IMG/VR virus record: IMGVR_UViG_3300032250_000072
Coordinates: 1-37,086 of that record
DNA length: 37,086 nt
Source of the DNA: a virus
Taxonomy: Duplodnaviria; Caudoviricetes
Reading direction: 5' to 3' (one strand)
The position numbers were made by a program, and so were the translations under genes. Shown piece by piece: positions 1 to 8,404 of this stretch (position 1 is the stretch's first letter; every line of letters begins with the position of its first letter). The notes under the pieces are model-generated. The model ran no database searches. It had not been told where the DNA came from and was given only the letters and a program-made list of their open reading frames with translations.

Positions 1-1
1 A

Positions 2-313
2 GCCAAGGATTTGAAAGACGAGGAGGCCCGAGCCGAGGCCACCCTGATAAAGGAAATGCGTGAGCAGCAACTCACAGCTATCGGTGGCAAGCTGGTGCGG
101 CTTGCCATACCCACCGTGCCGGAGTACGTCCCTGCCGTTAAGGACTGGGACGCGTTCTACAAGCACATTCTGCAGTCGGGCGACTTTAGCCTGCTGCACA
201 AGCGCATCGGCACCCAGGCGTGTAAAGAACGCTGGGACGCTGGTGAAGAAGTGCCGGGGGTCGAAAAGTTCCCGGTGTACAAGTTATCCAAGTCTGAAGT
301 GAAAGGATCCTAA
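2..313 (+). CDS. Conserved phage replication-region protein (5'-truncated at window edge)
   Basis: Frame is open from the window start. The VKDWDAFY...FSLLHKR...GEEVPGV pattern is typical of small proteins upstream of phage SSB/polA genes. Stop at 311-313 abuts the next gene. Confidence 0.7.
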   Translation, partial: AKDLKDEEARAEATLIKEMREQQLTAIGGKLVRLAIPTVPEYVPAVKDWDAFYKHILQSGDFSLLHKRIGTQACKERWDAGEEVPGVEKFPVYKLSKSEVKGS

Positions 314-314
314 C

Positions 315-1106
315 ATGGCTACGACCAACGAGATTGTTACCACCCAGGCCAGCGCCCTTGCCCTGCCAAACGATGTGCTCGCCGCCCTTGCTGACGAGGC
401 GCGAGCCGCCGCCGCTACCGAGCGCCCCGCCGTGGGCCGCATTAGTTTGAAGAGTGGGGTTATGTCCTACGCCGGAGCACCCGTGCCCGGTAACAAGATG
501 GAGGCTATTGTGCTCACCGCCAGCTTCCGCAACGTGTGGTACGCCGGACGGTACGACCCCAACAACATCGTCAACCCAAGCTGCTTTGCACTCAGCATGA
601 GTGACGATGGCATGGCACCGCACGCTAACGTCAGCAAGCCGCCGCACAGCGCCTGCAACGGATGCGCCAATAACGAGTGGGGCAGCGACCCCAACGGTGG
701 CCGAGGCAAAGCCTGCAAGCAGACGCGCCGCTTGGTGCTGTTGCCGGGGCATGCCATGGACACCGGGCCGGACGCGCTGCGCACTGCCGAGATGGCGATT
801 ATGGACCTGCCTGTCACTAGCGTGAAGAACTACAGCAGCTTCGTAAACTCGCTTACTGCGAGCACCAACATGCCGACGTATGCCGCCGTGGCTGAAATTA
901 GCGTTACGCCCGATGCTAAATCGCAGTTCAAGGTACAGTTCCGCCCCATGCGCGTGGTGCCCAGCTTGGACCACCTGCAAGCCATCAAAACCCGGCTGGA
1001 CGGCGCACGGCAACTGGCGCTGGAGCCCTACGCCGAGACCACTGACCCCGACGACGTGGACGACACTCCGCCCGCCAAGGCTCCCACCAAGGCCAAGAAG
1101 TTCTAA
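315..1106 (+). CDS. Putative ssDNA-binding/annealing protein with Cys (Zn) motif
   Basis: GAAAGGA SD upstream. YDP..P.C and CxxC.N..GS...GKACK motifs, an acidic then basic C-terminal tail, and position directly upstream of polA. Confidence 0.65.
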   Translation: MATTNEIVTTQASALALPNDVLAALADEARAAAATERPAVGRISLKSGVMSYAGAPVPGNKMEAIVLTASFRNVWYAGRYDPNNIVNPSCFALSMSDDGMAPHANVSKPPHSACNGCANNEWGSDPNGGRGKACKQTRRLVLLPGHAMDTGPDALRTAEMAIMDLPVTSVKNYSSFVNSLTASTNMPTYAAVAEISVTPDAKSQFKVQFRPMRVVPSLDHLQAIKTRLDGARQLALEPYAETTDPDDVDDTPPAKAPTKAKKF

Positions 1107-1113
1107 CCGTTTT

Positions 1114-1186
1114 GGAGGTAGCTGTGAGCGTGGCTAGGCTTCTCCTCCCTGAGCCACTAGCCCGCTCGTAACCAGCAGCATGCTCC
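1114..1186 (+). ncRNA. Candidate structured RNA: long hairpin with CUCCUCCCU (anti-Shine-Dalgarno-like) loop
   Basis: Nested pairings GGAG 1114-1117/CTCC 1183-1186, GCTG/CAGC, GAGCG/CGCTC, GGCTAG 1132-1137/CTAGCC 1157-1162 and GCT/AGC enclose a pyrimidine loop at about 1142-1150. Confidence 0.4.
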
Positions 1187-1244
1187 GCCCACCCCTGGCA
1201 AAGTCAGTTGCCAAAGCGTTCAGCCGGGGGTGGGCTTTTTATTT
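1187..1244 (+). terminator. Rho-independent terminator/attenuator-like hairpin upstream of polA
   Basis: GCCCACCCCTGGC (1187-1199) pairs with GCCGGGGGTGGGC (1223-1235, one G-U), followed by TTTTTATTT. Confidence 0.65.
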
Positions 1245-1254
1245 GGAGTGCAAA

Positions 1255-3063
1255 ATTCTAACCATCGACTTTGAGACCGAAGCGATAGATGGCAACCCCA
1301 TCTACAACCCGCCGCGCCCGGTAGGCGTGTCAATCAAACCAGAGGGGAAGGAATCACGCTACTATGCGTGGGGCCATGGCAGTGACAACAACTGCACGTT
1401 TGAGGATGGGCGGGCTGCGCTGCTCACCGCACTGGCTAAGGACAACGAGGGCTACCTCGCCCACAACGCGCCGTTTGAAGCCGCCGTGCTCAAACGCTGG
1501 TTCAACTACGTGGAGCCCGACCCCCTGCTTGTGCACGACACGCAGTACCTGCTCTTCCTAGTGGATCCGTATGCCAATACGTTCAGCCTCAAGCCAAGTG
1601 CGGAGCGCATTTTGGGCCTGCCCCCTGACGAACGTGACGAGGTTCAACGCTGGGTGTTGAACCACATTCCCGGCTCTAAGAAGAGCGACTGGGGCGCTTA
1701 CATCTCCCGTGCACCGGGCAGTCTGGTGGGGCCCTACGCCATTGGCGACACTGACCGTACCCGCGCCCTGTACGACGCGCTGTACCCCCGCATTCTGCAA
1801 GCGGGCATGCTGGAGCCCTACCGCCGTGAGCAGAAGTTGATGCCCATTCTGTTTGCCAGCAGCGAGCGTGGCGTGCGCCTGGACACTGAGCGCCTTGCCG
1901 CAGACATTGCCACGTACACCGCCGCCAAGCAGAAGGCAGAGCAGTACATCCACAGCGTGCTGGGCGACTTTAACATTGACAGTGACGCTGAACTTGCTGC
2001 CGCCTTGGACCGTACAGGACAGGTCACCCAGTGGGTGCTAACCCCAACGGGCAAGCGTAGCACTAGCCGTAAGAACTTGGTCGGAAGGGTTAAGGACCCG
2101 TCGCTGCTTGCTTACCTTGCCTACCGGGGGGTGCTCGCTACGTGCCTGGGAACCTTTGCCGAGCCCTGGCTTGCACAGGCCGAGCGTGAAGGTGGCCGCG
2201 TGCACCCGCAGTGGAACCAAGTGCGTGGTGACCGTGGCGCGGACGGTGACATGTCCGGCACGCGGACGGGCCGCATGTCCTGCCGGGGGCCTAACTTGCA
2301 GAACCCACCCAACGAGTTTGAGGGGCTTGTGGTACCTGACGACCTGCCAGCCCCCATGATTATGCGGCGGTACCTCCTACCCGAGGAGGGACATGTGTGG
2401 CTCAAGCGTGACTTTAGTGCGCAGGAGATGCGCATCATGGCCCACTTTGCCGAGGGCAGGCTGTTTGACGCCTTCCGCCTTGACCCAACCACAGACCCTC
2501 ACGTTGCCGTGCAGAAGATGATTAAGGAGCTGCTGGGCATAGACATGCCCCGCAAGTACGTGAAGATCACAGGCTTTGGAATTATGTATGGACGCGGAGT
2601 GCCAAACCTATCTGTTGCCCTGGGAGTTGATCAAGACGAAGGCAAGCGCGTACGAGACGCTTACTATGCAGCTCTGCCGGAGATCCAACAACTCAGTTAC
2701 GATACGCGCAACCGGGGCAAGCGTGGACAGTTCATACGCACTTGGGGTGGGCGAGTGTATTACCGTGAGCCTGACCCCGCAAGGGATCTCAGTTACAAGC
2801 TGCTCAACTACCTCATCCAAGGCAGCGCGGCGGACCAAACCAAGCAAAGCATGATAGACTGGGAGCGTGACCGTGCCCCTGGCGATGTGCTGCTGGCCGC
2901 TGTACACGACGAAGTTAACATCTCCGCCCCTGCGGATGATGTGCCGGGTGCCATGCGGCGTCTGCGCCTAGCCATGAACGCCGACAGATTTGACGTTCCA
3001 TTCCGTAGCGAAGGCTACACCGGCCCTAACTGGGGCGACATTGAGGGGTACCAAGATGACTGA
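1255..3063 (+). CDS. polA: Family A DNA polymerase with 3'-5' exonuclease domain (start uncertain: ATT 1255, TTG 1243 or ATG 1180)
   Basis: ExoI TIDFET, ExoII HNAPFE, ExoIII YAIGD, TRTGRMS..PNLQN, motif A DFSAQEMR, motif B RKYVKITGFGIMYG (Phe at the 762-equivalent), NYLIQGSAAD, motif C VHDE. Confidence 0.97.
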   Translation: MLTIDFETEAIDGNPIYNPPRPVGVSIKPEGKESRYYAWGHGSDNNCTFEDGRAALLTALAKDNEGYLAHNAPFEAAVLKRWFNYVEPDPLLVHDTQYLLFLVDPYANTFSLKPSAERILGLPPDERDEVQRWVLNHIPGSKKSDWGAYISRAPGSLVGPYAIGDTDRTRALYDALYPRILQAGMLEPYRREQKLMPILFASSERGVRLDTERLAADIATYTAAKQKAEQYIHSVLGDFNIDSDAELAAALDRTGQVTQWVLTPTGKRSTSRKNLVGRVKDPSLLAYLAYRGVLATCLGTFAEPWLAQAEREGGRVHPQWNQVRGDRGADGDMSGTRTGRMSCRGPNLQNPPNEFEGLVVPDDLPAPMIMRRYLLPEEGHVWLKRDFSAQEMRIMAHFAEGRLFDAFRLDPTTDPHVAVQKMIKELLGIDMPRKYVKITGFGIMYGRGVPNLSVALGVDQDEGKRVRDAYYAALPEIQQLSYDTRNRGKRGQFIRTWGGRVYYREPDPARDLSYKLLNYLIQGSAADQTKQSMIDWERDRAPGDVLLAAVHDEVNISAPADDVPGAMRRLRLAMNADRFDVPFRSEGYTGPNWGDIEGYQDD

Positions 3064-3775
3064 CGATACACAGATGAACGTAAAGCCCGCATTCCGCTGG
3101 AGCTTCAGCCAGTGGGAGGCGTACAACCAGTGCCCGCAGAAGTGGAACTTCCAGAGCAAGTTGAAGCTGCCGCGCCGTCCGCCGGGGCCTGCTGCCGCCC
3201 GTGGCTTGCAGATGCACGACACGGTGGAGCAGTACATCAAAGGTGCGGACCCCAGCGTGCTGCACCCAGACATTGACCGTAAGTACATCCCCATTCTGGA
3301 CGCTTACCGCAACCACCCCAACGGGGACCGTCACACCGAGAAGAAGCTGGCCTTTGACCACGAGTGGTACCTCTGCTCGCCGCAGAGCAAGTTCGCTGCC
3401 TGCGTGGCGGTGCTTGACGCTGTGCGCTACAACAAGAGTGGTGCAGACGTCAAGGGCGTGCTGGAGATTGGCGAGTGGAAGAGCGGCAAGCCCAAGGACA
3501 CCCACGGTGACCAACGCAAGCTCTACGCTATGTTCGGCATGCGGGCGTGGCTGGCGGACGAGGTGCGCGTGACCACCTACTACTTGGAGGACACCGCCGC
3601 CCCGCAGCGTGTGGTGCTGGCGAGCGAGTCTGGCTACGACAAGCTGAAGGCCCTCTGGCAGGACCGTATTAGCACCATGCAGCGTGACGAAATATGTGCG
3701 CCGCGCCCTGGCTTCTACTGCCGGTTTTGTGACTACGCCAAGTCACAAGGCGGGCCATGCCAATTTGGTGCTTGA
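3056..3775 (+). CDS. PD-(D/E)XK Cas4/RecB-like exonuclease
   Basis: WSFS...CP, G..MH..VE, LD...EWKSGK, Q..LYA and a C-terminal CRFC...C cluster. ATG 3056 overlaps the polA end. Confidence 0.9.
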   Translation: MTDDTQMNVKPAFRWSFSQWEAYNQCPQKWNFQSKLKLPRRPPGPAAARGLQMHDTVEQYIKGADPSVLHPDIDRKYIPILDAYRNHPNGDRHTEKKLAFDHEWYLCSPQSKFAACVAVLDAVRYNKSGADVKGVLEIGEWKSGKPKDTHGDQRKLYAMFGMRAWLADEVRVTTYYLEDTAAPQRVVLASESGYDKLKALWQDRISTMQRDEICAPRPGFYCRFCDYAKSQGGPCQFGA

Positions 3776-3778
3776 CCC

Positions 3779-4240
3779 GTGCGTGAAAGCTACATAGAAG
3801 GGAAGGTGAAACGCTGGGCACGCGCCAAGGGCGTCCTGCCACTGAAGATGAACCCCGCCAGTACGGCGGGGTATCCTGATGATCTATTTGTGTTTCGCGG
3901 GCGTGTGGCATTCATAGAGTTCAAAGCGCCGGGGCGCAAGCCTCGGCCTCTACAGCATGCACGTATTGCGGAACTTCGAGAACAGGGATGCCCTGTAGGA
4001 GTGATTGATAATGTCGACGACGGAATTGCGTTCTTGGAAGCCGCGCTCTTATCAAGAGCAAGCGGTGCGCTTAGGAGTCTCGCAGGCGTGCGCTGGGTTT
4101 CTTTTACGACCCGGCATGGGCAAGACTACTATCAGCTATGCGATAATCAAGATATTGAAGAGCAAGGGCTTGATCAAGCGCACGCTGGTGATAGCCCCTC
4201 TGCGGGTGGTGTACAACGTCTGGCCCAAGCAGAAGAATGA
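3779..4240 (+). CDS. VRR-NUC domain nuclease
   Basis: ESYIE, GYPD, FIEFKAPG..P.PLQ motifs, located upstream of the SNF2 helicase. The C-terminal ~65 codons overlap the helicase. Confidence 0.9.
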   Translation: MRESYIEGKVKRWARAKGVLPLKMNPASTAGYPDDLFVFRGRVAFIEFKAPGRKPRPLQHARIAELREQGCPVGVIDNVDDGIAFLEAALLSRASGALRSLAGVRWVSFTTRHGQDYYQLCDNQDIEEQGLDQAHAGDSPSAGGVQRLAQAEE

Positions 4241-5402
4241 TTGGGCCGAGTTTGCTGACCTACGCGTCAAGGTGCTGCACGGCAAGCACCGCCTAGACAA
4301 CCTGCACGACCTTGACGCCGACATCTACTGCATAAACCCCGAAGGGCTGGAGTGGCTTGACACACCAGAGAACCTTGTCTGGATGCGCCAGCACTTTGAT
4401 GTGCTGATTGTTGACGAGTCCACCAAGTTCAAAAACACGGGCACGCAGCGGTTCAAGAGGATACGTAAGTTTATCCAGCACTTCAAGCGCCGGTACATCC
4501 TCACAGGTACGTTCACTCCCAATGGGTTGATGGATCTGTTTGGGCAGGTCTACCTGCTGGACGAGGGCGCTGCGCTGGGGCGCTTTATCACCCACTACAA
4601 GACCAAGTACTTCTACCCCACTGACTACATGGGCTACAACCTAGCCCCGCACGCGTGGGCGATGGAGGAGATTGCCAGCAAAATAGAGCCCCTTACCCTG
4701 GTGCTTGACCGTGAGGGCAACCTAGACATGCCAGAGCTCATCTTCAACGATGTGCTGGTTGACCTACCCCCCACCGCCCGCAAGCAGTACGACCAGATGG
4801 AGGCCCACATGCTTGCTACGCTAGATGCCGAGCTGGTGGTGGCTGCCAATGCGGCTGTCGCTACGAGTAAGTGCAGACAGATAGCCAATGGGTGCCTATT
4901 CACCAACGCGGGCGATGGCACCTGGACTGACCTACACGACGCTAAGATAGACGCACTCAAAGACTTGGTTGAGGAGCTCAGCGGGGAGAGTGTGCTGGTG
5001 GTGTACGAGTTTAAGCCAGACCTGGACAAGCTGCGCAAAGCCTTCCCCAACGCGGTGCTGCTCACCGGGGGCAACGCCGCGCAGGACGCCAAGCACATCG
5101 GCCTATTTGCGGGCGGGTTTGTGCAGATGGGGCTGGGGCAGTTCACCAGCATTAGCCTTGGCATTGACGGCTTGCAGAACAAGTGCCGCAACGTAATCAT
5201 GTTCGGCCTTACGTGGAACTTGCAAGACTACAGCCAAACCATTGACCGTATCTGGCGTCAAGGCCAGCAAGCCGACACTGTGATTGTGCACCGACTCATC
5301 GCCAAGGACACCGTGGACGAGCGCGTACTCCGTGTACTGAACAATAAGGACGCTACGCAGAGCAACTTCCTTACACTGTTGAAGAGTATGAAGCGCCAAT
5401 AG
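4011..5402 (+). CDS. SNF2-like SF2 helicase
   Basis: PRSYQ Q-motif, PGMGKT Walker A, VIAPLRV, IVDES Walker B, LTGT, GIDGLQ, QTIDRIWRQGQ. AGGAG SD at 3997-4001. Confidence 0.95.
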   Translation: MSTTELRSWKPRSYQEQAVRLGVSQACAGFLLRPGMGKTTISYAIIKILKSKGLIKRTLVIAPLRVVYNVWPKQKNDWAEFADLRVKVLHGKHRLDNLHDLDADIYCINPEGLEWLDTPENLVWMRQHFDVLIVDESTKFKNTGTQRFKRIRKFIQHFKRRYILTGTFTPNGLMDLFGQVYLLDEGAALGRFITHYKTKYFYPTDYMGYNLAPHAWAMEEIASKIEPLTLVLDREGNLDMPELIFNDVLVDLPPTARKQYDQMEAHMLATLDAELVVAANAAVATSKCRQIANGCLFTNAGDGTWTDLHDAKIDALKDLVEELSGESVLVVYEFKPDLDKLRKAFPNAVLLTGGNAAQDAKHIGLFAGGFVQMGLGQFTSISLGIDGLQNKCRNVIMFGLTWNLQDYSQTIDRIWRQGQQADTVIVHRLIAKDTVDERVLRVLNNKDATQSNFLTLLKSMKRQ

Positions 5403-5411
5403 GCTGTGGCT

Positions 5412-5482
5412 ATTGAGAAACATTCTCAATTGGAAAATACAATTTGCCTGTGAAACTCAAAAAGGCATAATTAACTCTCAAT
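5412..5482 (+). promoter_or_regulatory. Candidate sigma70-like promoter with operator-like palindrome heading the DNA-modification operon
   Basis: Markedly AT-rich intergenic stretch. Perfect inverted repeat ATTGAGAA-ACA-TTCTCAAT (5412-5430), TTGCCT (5444-5449)-16 nt-CATAAT (5466-5471), and an extra half-site TCTCAAT at 5476-5482. Confidence 0.6.
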
Positions 5483-5496
5483 GGTACTAGTTTGCG

Positions 5497-6444
5497 ATGA
5501 ACATCTTTTATTTAGACCACAACCCGCGCACCGCTGCCGAAATGATGCACGACAAGCATGTGGTCAAAATGATTCTCGAAACGGCACAAATCCTCAGTTC
5601 AGTGTGTCATCGACACGACACTTGGATTGAGGAAATGTATCGCCCCACGCACAAAAACCATCCCAGCGTGCTGTGGGCAGGCGACAGTGCTGACAATTTT
5701 TGGTGGCTGTACGCGCACGGACTATGGCTGTGCAAAGAATTTGAGTATCGATACAACCACCATCACAAGAGCTCAGACGTTATCGAATTGATGCCGTACT
5801 TTGCTCCCAAACAGTTCCCACTCCCGTACTGGACACCGCCTCCGCAGGCTATGCCAGATGAATTCAAAATTGCCGGTGACAGCGTTGCTGCTTACCGAGC
5901 ATACTACCTGGGGCGGAAGGTAGAGCAAAGTGGTTGGACACGCCGCCCCGTGCCAACGTTCGTTTTAGAAGGAAAAGCCAACATGGCTAAGAAGAAGCAA
6001 GTGGAGTCCGCTGAGACTTCTACCTCCGCAGCGGCAGACGCACCGGCTGCACCCAAGAACGCACCGGGTGCCCCCATCGGCGCACGTGGCCCGAAGGGCG
6101 TGGCACTGGACGCCATTGTTAGCCTCAAGGTTGAGGGCAACCCCAAGCGTCCGGGCAGCAAGGCGCACGACGTATTTGCACAGTACGTGGACGGGATGAC
6201 GGTACAGCAGTTCCTTGACGCCGTGGGCCAAGCCGCTACTCCCAACCTCGTGTACGATGCAGCGCACGGCTTTATCGCCATTGAGGGGTACGACCCCAAG
6301 CTGGTGTTGAAGAAGGAGCGTGCCCCCAAGGCAGAAAAGGCTCCTAAGGAGCCCAAGGCCCCCCGTGGCAAGAAGGCCAAAGCCGCCGCTGAGGCAGCCC
6401 CTGCCTCCGTTGACGACGTAGCGGTTGAAGAGACCATCGACTGA
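5497..6444 (+). CDS. Pyrimidine dimer DNA glycosylase/endonuclease V-like protein fused in frame to a basic DNA-binding-like domain
   Basis: MNIFYLD, DKHVVKMILETAQILS, THKNHPS..W, PQAMPDE, AYRAYY motifs. The C-terminal half has an NPKRPGSKAH..F..Y.DGMTV domain and Lys/Ala/Pro repeats. Confidence 0.8.
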   Translation: MNIFYLDHNPRTAAEMMHDKHVVKMILETAQILSSVCHRHDTWIEEMYRPTHKNHPSVLWAGDSADNFWWLYAHGLWLCKEFEYRYNHHHKSSDVIELMPYFAPKQFPLPYWTPPPQAMPDEFKIAGDSVAAYRAYYLGRKVEQSGWTRRPVPTFVLEGKANMAKKKQVESAETSTSAAADAPAAPKNAPGAPIGARGPKGVALDAIVSLKVEGNPKRPGSKAHDVFAQYVDGMTVQQFLDAVGQAATPNLVYDAAHGFIAIEGYDPKLVLKKERAPKAEKAPKEPKAPRGKKAKAAAEAAPASVDDVAVEETID

Positions 6445-7232
6445 TGGCCATGGACGTCCTTATTCCAACATACGGGCGTCCACAACAAGACAGGCAGCAT
6501 ACCCTCCGTGCTCTTAGAGCCGAGGGCGTGCTGCCTGTTCTAGTTGTGCAGCACCGTGAGCACACTCAGTACGCGTGGTACGACGGGCCCGTGCACGTGT
6601 TGCCGCCGCACATCAAAACCGTAGCCCCTACACGGGACTACTTGATGCACAACGATATCTGGAAGGAGCGCTTTGTCGTCATGCTTGATGATGACCTGCA
6701 CTTCTTTGCCCGCCGCGTGGACGAGCCCACCAAGTTCCGCGCCCTGGTGCCTTCTGAACTGCGCCGCATGCTAGACCAAATTGAGGGTAGGTTAGACCTC
6801 TACCCCCACGTGGGCATCGCTCCACGGGAGGGTGGCAACCGTAACACGGAACAAGTGATGCTCAACACGCGCATCATGCGCGTGCTGGGATATGACAGGC
6901 ACTACCTCCGCGCCCACAACATTACGTTTACGCCCATGCCCGTAATGGAAGACTTCCACGTTAGTTTGCAGATTCTTAAATCTGGCAAGGATACGCTGGT
7001 GCTCAACAACTGGTGCAACAACCAAGCCGAGGGTAGCGACGCCCCCGGTGGCTGCTCCAGCTACCGCACCATGGCGCTCCAGGCCGAGGCAGCGCATCTG
7101 CTTGCTGCGCTGCACAAGCCCTACGTCAGTGTAGTGGAGAAAGAAACCAAGACCGCTTGGGGTGGTGGCACACGTACCGACGTAGTGGTGTACTGGAAGA
7201 AAGCGAGACAGCATGCTGCATCTAACGCATGA
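6444..7232 (+). CDS. GT-A fold glycosyltransferase, TAGT / base-J glucosyltransferase (GREB1)-like
   Basis: IPTYGR, TRDYL, VMLDDD (DxD), MEDFHVSLQIL..G and APGGCSSYRT motifs. Translationally coupled (TGATG) within the modification operon. Confidence 0.8.
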   Translation: MAMDVLIPTYGRPQQDRQHTLRALRAEGVLPVLVVQHREHTQYAWYDGPVHVLPPHIKTVAPTRDYLMHNDIWKERFVVMLDDDLHFFARRVDEPTKFRALVPSELRRMLDQIEGRLDLYPHVGIAPREGGNRNTEQVMLNTRIMRVLGYDRHYLRAHNITFTPMPVMEDFHVSLQILKSGKDTLVLNNWCNNQAEGSDAPGGCSSYRTMALQAEAAHLLAALHKPYVSVVEKETKTAWGGGTRTDVVVYWKKARQHAASNA

Positions 7233-8043
7233 GCTTGCCTACTGGATAAATGAGCGCCACCGCATCAAGCTCGCCAAGGAGGCAAAGGACACTCCACCCT
7301 GGAGCACGGACCCTGTGTTCAACACTGTGCGGTTCTGCAACGTACACCGGGAAGACGATAAGGTAACCCGTTGGATCCGCAAGTATTGGAACCGTGGTAC
7401 CGACCCCGCTTGGCGGTTTGTGGTGGGCCGCATGATCAACCTGCCTGAGAGCCTTGAGCAGTTGCTGTACTGTGACTTCCCCTGGCAGATGAAAGATGCG
7501 CTGAAGAAGCGCGTTGCCCAGGGACACAAGGTGTTCACCAGTGCGTACACCATCAGTACGTGTGGGCGCAGCATGGACAAGTTGGACTATGTGTTTGATC
7601 ATGTTGTGGGCGGCACCCCTGCAGAACTTAACTACAGTGGGCTGTCCTACGCTGCCGCTAGCTTAGAAGTTGTAGATGGGCTGGGCAGTTTTCTAGCAGG
7701 GCAAGTGGTTGCTGACATGAAGAATACTCACGGCCACCCCCTGCACGACGCACCTGATTGGTGGACATGGTCAGCGCCTGGGCCGGGTAGCCTGCGGGGG
7801 TTGAGCTGGTACTTCAACAAGGAGGCAATGCTGAATGAGATTCAGTCAATAACTCCTAGAGAATACAGGCACGCTCTGCGTGCTTGCAGGCATGAGGTTG
7901 ACCCACTTGTGCGGCCAGAGGTGCCACGCATTAGTGACCAAGACTTCCAAAACTGCTTGTGCGAGTTCAGCAAGTGGTGCAAGGTCAAGTACATGAACGG
8001 ACATGTGAGGAACAGATATGACCCCCTTCTTTCAGCGCGTTGA
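7213..8043 (+). CDS. aGPT-PPlase clade 1-like alpha-helical (HhH glycosylase-fold) DNA base hypermodification protein
   Basis: WINERHRI...PPWSTDPVF..RFCNVHREDD, helix-hairpin-helix GLGSFLAGQVVAD, PGPGSLRGL, QNCLCEFSK. Confidence 0.85.
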   Translation: MLHLTHELAYWINERHRIKLAKEAKDTPPWSTDPVFNTVRFCNVHREDDKVTRWIRKYWNRGTDPAWRFVVGRMINLPESLEQLLYCDFPWQMKDALKKRVAQGHKVFTSAYTISTCGRSMDKLDYVFDHVVGGTPAELNYSGLSYAAASLEVVDGLGSFLAGQVVADMKNTHGHPLHDAPDWWTWSAPGPGSLRGLSWYFNKEAMLNEIQSITPREYRHALRACRHEVDPLVRPEVPRISDQDFQNCLCEFSKWCKVKYMNGHVRNRYDPLLSAR

Positions 8044-8404
8044 TGACTTTAACCGCATGTACGGGTTGCCTGCGCCCGCTACACCGACGATGATTAGCCC
8101 CGTGCGCCTGCGGCAGTTCAAAGCCATGTTGCTTGAGGAAGTTGCCGAGGGCGACTCCGCTCTAGACGTTGCTGACCTTGCCGACTGGCTGGGGGACATG
8201 ATTGTGTACTGCACCAGTGAGGCCCGCCGCCACGGGCTACCGATTGAGGAAGTGTTGCACATCATAATGGACAGCAACTCATCCAAGCTGGGTGCTGATG
8301 GCACCCCCATAATCAACCAAGAGACAGGAAAGGTAGAGAAAGGACCAAGCTACTGGAAGCCTGAGCCCAAGATTCGTACTCTTTTGATGGAGAAGATGAA
8401 GTGA
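8018..8404 (+). CDS. MazG-like/all-alpha dNTP pyrophosphohydrolase (probable dUTPase/dTTPase)
   Basis: V..FN..YG, EEVAE, DWLGDMIVY, SNSSKLGADG.P, GKVEKGP.YW.PE. Confidence 0.85.
   Translation: MTPFFQRVDDFNRMYGLPAPATPTMISPVRLRQFKAMLLEEVAEGDSALDVADLADWLGDMIVYCTSEARRHGLPIEEVLHIIMDSNSSKLGADGTPIINQETGKVEKGPSYWKPEPKIRTLLMEKMK

Noticed and set aside
186-1013. 275-aa - strand ORF
   Set aside because: Antisense shadow of the SSB-like gene.
1180-1254. N-terminal extension of polA from ATG 1180
   Set aside because: It runs through a terminator-like hairpin, has no SD and does not look like polymerase sequence.
3056-3775. CRISPR-Cas system suggested by the Cas4-like nuclease
   Set aside because: No repeat-spacer array or other cas genes seen. 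Stand-alone Cas4-like nucleases are common in phage replication modules.
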